A stretch of 14,011 nt of DNA, taken from assembly GCF_006345805.1 (NCBI RefSeq), contig NW_021825917.1:1-14011 (forward strand), in the 5' to 3' direction. The notes beneath the pieces were generated by a model that saw only the letters and a program-made list of their open reading frames with translations, had not been told where the DNA came from and ran no database searches. Below are positions 7,704 to 14,011 of the stretch, in pieces (the first letter of the stretch is position 1; each line of letters starts with the position of its first letter). A program made the translations under genes and the position numbers. The stretch is from Octopus sinensis (Eukaryota).

Positions 7704-8348
7704 ATGTCAGTTCTTCTAAGAAATCCCACCCTAAATCATCGACTGGAAGTGATTGTTCAACCACAATACTTCGAAGAGGCTCTTTCATGTCTTGTGGAAT
7801 CAATCATATACGTAAGAAGCAAAGGCAAAATGGTACGGGATCCAAAACTTGTTTATCGCGAAGACACGATGAAAACGGCCATGAAATACTGCACATCGTT
7901 TAATCTGCAATATTCTTGTAATGAATCGAGTGAACTTCAGAGCAGAATTCTGGACCAAATCCAAAGAATTCGGTGGCTTTGCTGCGTAGAAGGACAAAAT
8001 GCAAACTGCAGTTTGAGCATGAAATTCTACAAGAATTTCATCAGTCCAACTAAATTTAGCAGTGCTCTGCAAATTTTTGAAATATGGCAGATACGCATTC
8101 GAATAGTGACTTGCGCAGAGGCGGGACATTCTCAAAACCAAGTACAGGAAATGGTAAATACTTTAAGGGACTGTATATCTTATATCCACGAATGCAAATT
8201 TTGTATTTCCCCTTTATCGAACATTGATACTTTTGAAGATTTGGTCAATATTCTTGACTTGGTATCCTTCACTGATGTTTCGTTGTATCATTTCTTCTTT
8301 GATCTTAACTTCCAAAATCCTGATGAAGATCAAAGCGTTTCGCAATAA
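7704..8348 (+). CDS. ATG101: Divergent ATG101-like HORMA-domain protein, 214 aa, uninterrupted ORF
   Basis: First in-frame ATG at 7704 (A at -3; in-frame TGA upstream at 7683-7685; the track's 7692 start is GTG). Gap-free hand alignment to recalled human ATG101 over 122 aa with 29 identities: LEVIVQPQYFEEAL/LEVSVEGRQVEEAM, RSKGK/RSTGK, YCTSFNLQY/DCDFIDFTY, SSEL/SEEL, SLSMKFYK/QMSLEFYQ, FEIWQIRIRIV/WEVWTVKVHVV, LRDCISYIHE/LCEKIINIVE, DVSLY/DVQPY. 645 nt open in AT-rich, non-repetitive DNA. Confidence 0.87.
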   Translation: MSVLLRNPTLNHRLEVIVQPQYFEEALSCLVESIIYVRSKGKMVRDPKLVYREDTMKTAMKYCTSFNLQYSCNESSELQSRILDQIQRIRWLCCVEGQNANCSLSMKFYKNFISPTKFSSALQIFEIWQIRIRIVTCAEAGHSQNQVQEMVNTLRDCISYIHECKFCISPLSNIDTFEDLVNILDLVSFTDVSLYHFFFDLNFQNPDEDQSVSQ

Positions 8349-8349
8349 A
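8344..8349 (+). terminator. Candidate polyadenylation signal AATAAA overlapping the TAA stop
   Basis: CAATAAAA contains the stop codon (8346-8348). GT/T-rich tract GTTTCGGTTTTTGGTTTT lies 15-35 nt downstream. Use unproven; a second AATAAA lies at 8441-8446. Confidence 0.4.
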
Positions 8350-8409
8350 ATGATTTCTTTGAAGTTTCGGTTTTTGGTTTTATTATTTTGACATGTGGAT
8401 TTTTCTATG

Positions 8410-8610
8410 CGGTGGATTTGTAGAATCGCTAGAGCGTCAGAATAAAACGGCCTTGTGGTTTGTTTTCCGATTCGTTACGTTCTGAGTTCAAATCCTGTAG
8501 AGATAACCTCTCATCCTTTTGAGATCGCCAAAATAAGTACCAGTAAATTTAGTGGGGTCGATGCAATAGGCTTGGCTCTTCCCTTAGAATTACTGGCATT
8601 GTAGTAAAAT
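8410..8610 (+). mobile_element. Decayed SINE family A copy just 3' of the ATG101-like ORF
   Basis: TGTAGAATCGCTAG head, GTTACGTTCTGAGTTCAAATCC B-box region, CATCCTTTT...AATAAGTACCAG...GGGGTCGATG body. Confidence 0.7.
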
Positions 8611-8989
8611 TAGAACTTTTTAATTAATTTATCTAACGGTTATATTTCAAAAAATGCTTTATTTGTTAAGCTTATAATTATTTTTATGCCATTTTTAATA
8701 TTCCAAAAGGAAAACGGCCACTTCCAGAATACGATAGAGTAACTTAATATATTTTGCTACTTTCGTTTCTTTCGCGTTCAAAACTATCCGAAGGTAATAT
8801 TTATTTTACCTCCCTCCTAGGATCGAAATAATAATGTTTTAAATCGATCGCACCCTTACACCTAAAATTGCTGTCTGTCTTCTAAATTTAGGAATATCCA
8901 CTTTTTCTTAAAAAGATTAAATATGACATTTTTGTTGTACAATATTGATTTCTAGTCTAGACTTAAGTATTATCGCAAGTTCTAAAACT

Positions 8990-9211
8990 CCCGGGGCCGG
9001 TTACCCAGTATCCACGGCCTCTAAGTGAACGACATCACACCATTCACCCTGATCGGAAGACTAATCCGTCGCCAGGTTACTCATTTACAGTCAAGTGAAC
9101 TGGGGCAATGTGAAATGAAGTGTCTTGCTCAAGAACATAACGCACCACTCGGTCTGGGAATGGAAACCAAAATCTTATGTTCGTAAGTGAAATACCCAAA
9201 CCGTTAGGCCA
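8990..9211 (-). mobile_element. SINE family C (CORE-like) near full-length copy
   Basis: Minus strand: A-box TGGCCTAACGG (9211-9201), GGTTTCCATTCCC, ATGTTCTTGAGCAAGACACTTCATTTCAC...CTGTAAATGAGTAACC; colinear with 2629-2760. Confidence 0.75.
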
Positions 9212-9268
9212 GGTTCCTTCACAACTTATACCTAAGGTCACTAATATATTCTGTGTGCAGGGAAATAC

Positions 9269-9464
9269 TTTTCTACTCTAGGCACAAGGCCTGAAATTTT
9301 GGGGGAAGAGGCAGTCGATTAGATCGACCCCAGTGCGTAACTGGTACTTAATTTATCGACGCCGAAAGAATGAAAAGCAAAGTCGACCTCGGCGGAATTT
9401 GAACTCAGAACGTCAAGTCAGACGAAATACTACTAAGCATTTCACCCGGCGTGCTAACGTTTCT
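9269..9464 (-). mobile_element. SINE family A host copy (CAAGGCCTGAAATTTT tail) interrupted at its A box
   Basis: Well-preserved body ending at GTGCTAACGTTTCT. Confidence 0.85.
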
Positions 9465-9861
9465 TATTGCCCACAAGGGGTTAAACATAGAGGGGACAAA
9501 CAAGGACAGACAAAGGGATTAAGTCGATTGCATCGACACCAGTGCGTAACTGATACTTATTTAATCGACCCCGAAAGAATGAAAGGCAAAGTCGACCTCG
9601 GCGGAATTTGAACTCAGAACGTAGCGGCAGACGAAATACCTATTTCTTTACTACCCACAAGGGGCAAAACATAGAGGGGACAAACAAAGGAATTAAGTCG
9701 ATTACATCGACTCCAGTGCGTAACTGGTACTTATTTAATCGACCTCGAAAGAATGAAAGGCAAAGTCGACCTCGGCGGAATTTGAACTCAGAACGTAGCG
9801 GTAGACGAAATACCGCAAAATATTTCGCCCGGCGTGCTGGCAATCCTGCCAGCTCGCCGCC
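9465..9861 (-). mobile_element. Young SINE family A dimer
   Basis: Two body units (CTCAGAACG at 9613 and 9787; period 174 owing to a small deletion) and a head ending GCCAGCTCGCCGCC. Confidence 0.9.
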
Positions 9862-10491
9862 CTCTAAGGATAGATATTGATGAGTATGAATCTCTTTTTA
9901 AATATAATTCTGGAGAACCAGCTACCTTGTGTTACTCATTTCCACCCTGAATATGTTATAATGTTTTCAAGGCCTTTAGAGAAGGGCATTTGCTTTGCTG
10001 ATATAGTTTTGTAAAGTAGTGAACCTTTGCACAAAATAATTTTTTCTCAGTCAAAACTGTAGTAAATTATCCTCGTTGTGACCCCTACCCCACCCTGCAA
10101 CAAAATACATTTTGGTCATTGTTCTACTCACCGTCGCCACCCACACTTATTTCTTTTGTCTATGGGTTGCATTACACGCGTTACGGTATCTTTTACTCGT
10201 GGGTTCAAATCCTGTTGATTCAACTTAACTTTTTGTTTTATCAAAGCTGACAGAATTACCTTTAATACACATTACGATTATTGACAGCCAATTATTTGAT
10301 TTATTAAATAATTTGCAAACAAATCATTGATCTTTGATTCAAATCCTTGCCATTCTCCTTCTCCACGAACTAATGATAGTTGTTCCAAAAGTCCGGCAAT
10401 CAACTTTTACACCCGTTTCACGAGTATAACAATAGTCGCTTTACTAATCCTTTGGTCCATAAAAGATTAAAAATTGACTGTTGATAATAGG

Positions 10492-10497
<6 letters not shown>

Positions 10498-10562
<65 letters not shown>
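10498..10562. repeat. Perfect (GA)n-(GT)n compound microsatellite
   Basis: Direct inspection. Confidence 0.97.
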
Positions 10563-10563
<1 letters not shown>

Positions 10564-10780
10564 GTTTCTGGCATTAAACTGTGGCCATGCTGGAGCTCTG
10601 CCTTGAAGAGCGAATCGACTCTAGGCTTTTTTTCCCCCTAAAGCCTGGTACTTATTCTGTCTGTTTCTTTGCCGATCGGCTAAGTTACGGGGACGTAAAC
10701 ACACCAACAACGATTGACAAGAGATGATAGGGAACACACACACGTACACACACACATATATATATATATACATATATATA
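10563..10780 (-). mobile_element. SINE family B, decayed and truncated at its internal CA/TA microsatellite
   Basis: CTGTGGCCATGCTGGAGC...AAAGCCTGGTACTTATTC...GCTAAGTTACGGGGACGTAAACACACC; colinear with 571-808. Confidence 0.7.
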
Positions 10781-10973
10781 CTCAGAACGTAGCGGCAGAC
10801 GAAATACTTTTTTCTTTACTACCCACAAGGGGCAAAACATAGAGGGGACAAACAAGGACAGACAAAGGAATTAAGTCGATTATATCGACCCCAGTACGTA
10901 ACTGGTACTTAATTTATCGACCCCGAAAGGATGAAAGGCAAAGTCGACCTCGGCGTAATTTGATCTCAGAACG
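10781..10973 (-). mobile_element. Circularly permuted single SINE family A body unit (184 bp plus 9-bp terminal redundancy)
   Basis: CTCAGAACG at 10781-10789 and 10965-10973; dimer-type tail/body junction inside at about 10801-10820; no head. Confidence 0.85.
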
Positions 10974-11206
10974 AACAGGACAAGTTATTACACTTGCAAA
11001 AGTTCAGGACAACTCATTACATCTGGTAAAGTACAGAACAAGAAAATTTTTACTTAAAATATTGCGGCTAAGGATAAAATTTCAAATATAATATTTAGAT
11101 TTAGAAAATATTAATTTTTATTAAAATTTTATTAGTCGTGAGCCAATGCCTATTTTTTAAATAATGAATTTACCTACCATATATACACTATTTTACTTTG
11201 TATTAA

Positions 11207-11260
11207 ACTTTAGATATTGGTACTTTAGTTATATTGGGACTTTAGTTATATTGGTACTTT
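11207..11260. repeat. 17-bp tandem repeat ACTTTAGTTATATTGG(T/G), about 3 copies
   Basis: Units at 11222 and 11239 plus degenerate flanking copies. Confidence 0.85.
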
Positions 11261-11439
11261 TGGCTGTGTCCATTTTTAATAAAATTATGGTACCTTTTTT
11301 AATCATAGTGTTATTTTGTATAACCGTAGATTGGTCTTGTGGTTTGTTCCAGGTGTGGCGTAGGTATAAAAAGGACACGAATGAGATTACAATTTTATAA
11401 TTCTACTGAAACAGCTGTTGTATATTTTGTGTTCTTTCA

Positions 11440-11606
11440 TATGTCTGTATGTGTGGTTTGAATATATATATGTGAATATATATGTGTGTGTGTGGTGTGG
11501 TGTGAATATATATATGCATATATATATATATGCATATATATATATATATATTATATATATGTAGAGGTAGGTACGTACATATATGTATATATGCATATGT
11601 TTTATT

Positions 11607-11668
<62 letters not shown>

Positions 11669-11680
11669 ACGGGTGTGTGT
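11440..11680. repeat. (TG)/(TA)/(GA) compound microsatellites
   Basis: Direct inspection. Confidence 0.9.
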
Positions 11681-11703
11681 GATTATGTATAGAAGAATAT
11701 ATT

Positions 11704-11715
11704 TATTTCTTTACT
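11704..11715 (-). mobile_element. 12-nt SINE-A tail micro-insertion flanked by 18-bp direct repeats
   Basis: TGTATAGAAGAATATATT at 11686-11703 and 11716-11733. The insert TATTTCTTTACT equals the reverse complement of the SINE-A terminus AGTAAAGAAATA. Confidence 0.7.
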
Positions 11716-11929
11716 TGTATAGAAGAATATATTAATAAAAGGAATTCCAACCTTGTCTGATTTTCACGTTTTATTTACAATCTTATAATGAAATAATATA
11801 ATATAATAAAATAAAATAATAGAATGTTAAATGTTCATTCTGATTGAACTAGAACTTTCATGCATTAAATTCTGCAATCTTCAGGTTCATGTAGTAGTGG
11901 TGACAGCCATGCTTCACAATTTTTGACTG

Positions 11930-11963
<34 letters not shown>

Positions 11964-12015
11964 ATGTTATATATATATATATATATATATTATATTATAT
12001 ATAGATATATATACC
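11930..12015. repeat. (TA)n microsatellite
   Basis: Direct inspection. Confidence 0.95.
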
Positions 12016-12148
12016 CATATGCACAAATACAAAACCTCCCTGAACTAGAACCTTTATACAAATATAACCCTTGCCATAATTATACTCTCAACGAGGGGCA
12101 ATTACACAATATTAATGCATCGTATTATCTCATCAGGCAGCCGAATGT

Positions 12149-12585
12149 GGCGAGCTGGCAGAATCGGTTGCACGCCCATTAAGATGCTTTGCGACATTTC
12201 ACCCGCTTTTTTTTTTTTTAATTCTGAGTTCAAATTCCGCCGAGGTCGACGTTACCTTTCATCCTTTTAGTTTCAGCAAAATAAATACCTATTTCTTTAT
12301 TACCCACAAGGGGCTAAACACAGAGGCAACAAACAAGGACAGACATAGGTATTAAGTCGATTACATCGACCCCAGTGCGTAACTGGTACTTTAATTTATC
12401 GACCCCGAAAGGATGAAAGGCAAAGTCGACCTCGGCGGAATTTGAACTCAGAACGTAACGGCAGACGTAATACCGCAAAGCATTTCGTCCGGCGTGCTAA
12501 CGTTTCTGCCAGCTCGCCGCCTTGCAGCAAAATAAATACCAGTTAAACCCTGGGGTCGGTGTAATCGACTTACCTTCTTCCACTA
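12149..12585 (+). mobile_element. Older SINE family A host copy split by an antisense insertion
   Basis: A-box TGGCAGAATCGG (12156-12167), B-box GAGTTCAAATTCC (12226-12238). The body resumes after 12540 with CAGTTAAACCCTGGGGTCGGTGTAATCGAC. Confidence 0.8.
12290..12524 (-). mobile_element. Full-length young SINE family A monomer (235 bp) with 16-bp TSD
   Basis: TSD CAGCAAAATAAATACC at 12274-12289 and 12525-12540; head AAGGCGGCGAGCTGGCAGAAACGTTAG; tail AATAAAGAAATA. Confidence 0.95.
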
Positions 12586-13409
12586 AAACAACCATAAACC
12601 AAAAAGCCCTCAATATGTTGAACCCTTACCCCACCCACTCTTACAAATGTGTGGACTCTTTCAACTTAATAAATCGAGAAACCAAAAACATCAGGATGCA
12701 ATCTTCTAAAGCCGCGATTTTTAAGTTCAAACTCTGCCGAAGTCAATTAAATTATGTTCTGCCCTAATAATGTTTTCTCACCCTCATGTATATAATTTCA
12801 TACGATCCAGACACTAATATAGTATTTCAGAAAGAAATGTGTGTGTGCGTGTGTGTGTGAGAATGTGGACTAGTTAGTAACAGTAGAATGATATTTGATC
12901 TCTTACACAAACTTTGTTATATTAAGGGAAGAAAGAAACAGGATATGTTGAAAATTGTTGTGTTTCTTTTTCCTACGGTCATTAAAGTCCTTAATTGAAA
13001 TGAGTTTGTGAAACCAGGCGACTAACTTTTCATATTAAGAATAGATTTCCTGCCCTAAACTACGAAAAGCTCGCTTCCTTTTAAGAATACTCTTCAAGCA
13101 ATAAGATATATGATGGCTCTTTTATTGACGCGCAGTATTAAGGTTAACCAGACACGGAAACATTTATTCTCTTCAAAAGGGACATTAAGGACTTCTTTTT
13201 GTAAGGGCTCAGTCTGCAGAGTAAGGGCCGTGTCAACGAATTGTTTCCTGGGCCTCCGTGATGTGCGGATTGAAGTTTTCTTGAAACCAGAGTCTTGGCC
13301 CCAGTATTTGTAGCAGTGTGAGTTCTGTTAAATACAGCGAAATATGATATGGTGGAATTATATCGGGCGACATTTGAAGTCTGTCCTCAGCAGAACAGAA
13401 ATGATCCTT

Positions 13410-13520
13410 TCTACGGACGACTTCCACGGTTTCTGTTTACTAAATTTCAGTCACGTTTTTGTCGATGCGAGGCTATGGAAGATACTTGCACGACGTACAA
13501 TTGGATTGAAACCAAATTAA
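13410..13520 (-). mobile_element. Decayed SINE family B-like head-proximal fragment
   Basis: GGTTTCTGTTTACTAAATTTCAGTCACG resembles CAGTTTCCGTCTAATAAATCCACTCAC at 775-800, followed by GAGGCTATGGAAGATACTTGC (recalled family continuation). Confidence 0.45.
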
Positions 13521-13559
13521 TGCATTATCTTTGATGGCATATAAGATGCGGCTTCCCGC

Positions 13560-14011
13560 ACAAGGCCAAGTCAGGGAAGATGTGGAACATGCACCGTTGC
13601 AGCACGTTGCAGCCCGTTGCTATCATTCACCATTTGTCAGTATATTTCCAGGTCCACTCGGAGATCCGCAGGCCAGAGTCCAAACTGGTCTCCATCTCCT
13701 CATCTGCTGTATCCATGTGGCATGCGGTTGATCAACACAAGCCATCAGTCTATCAGGATCCTCAGAGAAGAGAACACTAAGCAGGATCTAACTCGGGAAA
13801 TTGGGCAACATGGCCAGTCAGTCTGAGCTGGCGCACATGAATCATACAAGTAGAAGGACGCATTCCAGTTTCTGTGTAAAGTCATTGACTGGATGCGAAA
13901 TTCGATCAATGGCAACCCATAATACTACGAAATGCTCTGATATCAAAGGAATTCAGATGGCCCCTAAGTGCTCCTGGCCTTAGAGTATCTTGATATAAGA
14001 TAAAACCCAGT
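13560..14011 (-). mobile_element. Decayed RTE-clade non-LTR retrotransposon (LINE), 3' end of ORF
   Basis: Minus-strand frame reads LRGHLNSFDIRAFRSIMGCH*SNFASSQ*LYTETGMRPSTCMIHVRQLRLTGHVAQFPELDPA*, then after a frameshift EDPD...PHATWIQQM and ATCCNGACS. This matches the recalled RTE C-terminal pattern RRI.G..W.DFVSN..L...TG....I..RQLRL.GHVAR. Stops at 13906-13908, 13882-13884 and 13777-13779. Probably continues beyond the window. Confidence 0.8.

Noticed and set aside
7800-8141. 113-aa antisense ORF over the ATG101-like gene
   Set aside because: Shadow ORF of the coding strand with no recognisable homology.
9333-9880. ORFs of 67-92 aa (also 6511-6699, 12522-12767)
   Set aside because: Lie within SINE copies; the recurring peptides (IDPERMKGKVDLGGI, NSERSGRRNT) are repeat translations.
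10976-11031. Possible small exon (ACAG acceptor, CTG|GTAAAG donor)
   Set aside because: No polypyrimidine tract, no recognisable peptide, and better explained as a degenerate 29-bp tandem.
11164-11400. 78-aa hydrophobic ORF resembling a small membrane protein
   Set aside because: F/I/L/Y richness is expected from T-rich DNA, and it spans a 17-bp tandem repeat; no recognisable family.
13110-13983. Short ORFs of 60-69 aa as genes
   Set aside because: They overlap a decayed SINE and the antisense or shifted frames of the RTE fragment; no coherent gene structure.

Overview
Eukaryotic, AT-rich, repeat-dense genomic DNA. The SINE families and long compound microsatellites look like those I recall from Octopus/coleoid cephalopod genomes (recognition from memory, not a search). 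Only one credible protein-coding region exists: an uninterrupted + strand ORF, 7704-8348 (214 aa). It aligns almost without gaps to ATG101, the HORMA-domain subunit of the ULK1/Atg1 autophagy-initiation complex, but at only about 24% identity by my hand alignment to the recalled human sequence. It has lost the WF-finger Trp, the ATG13-interface His and the C-terminal helix, so it looks like a repurposed ATG101 paralogue or retrogene. The rest is mobile and repetitive DNA: (i) a tRNA-derived SINE family (A) found as monomers, 184-bp-period dimers, self-nested insertions, a circularly permuted unit and a 12-nt micro-insertion with an 18-bp TSD; (ii) two further SINE families, one seeding a 26-unit 16-bp minisatellite; (iii) an intact 425-bp MITE (30-bp TIR, 8-bp TSD, internal telomeric repeats) 466 bp upstream of the ATG101-like start; (iv) a decayed RTE-clade LINE 3' fragment at the right edge. 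All other ORFs in the track are repeat-derived or unsupported.
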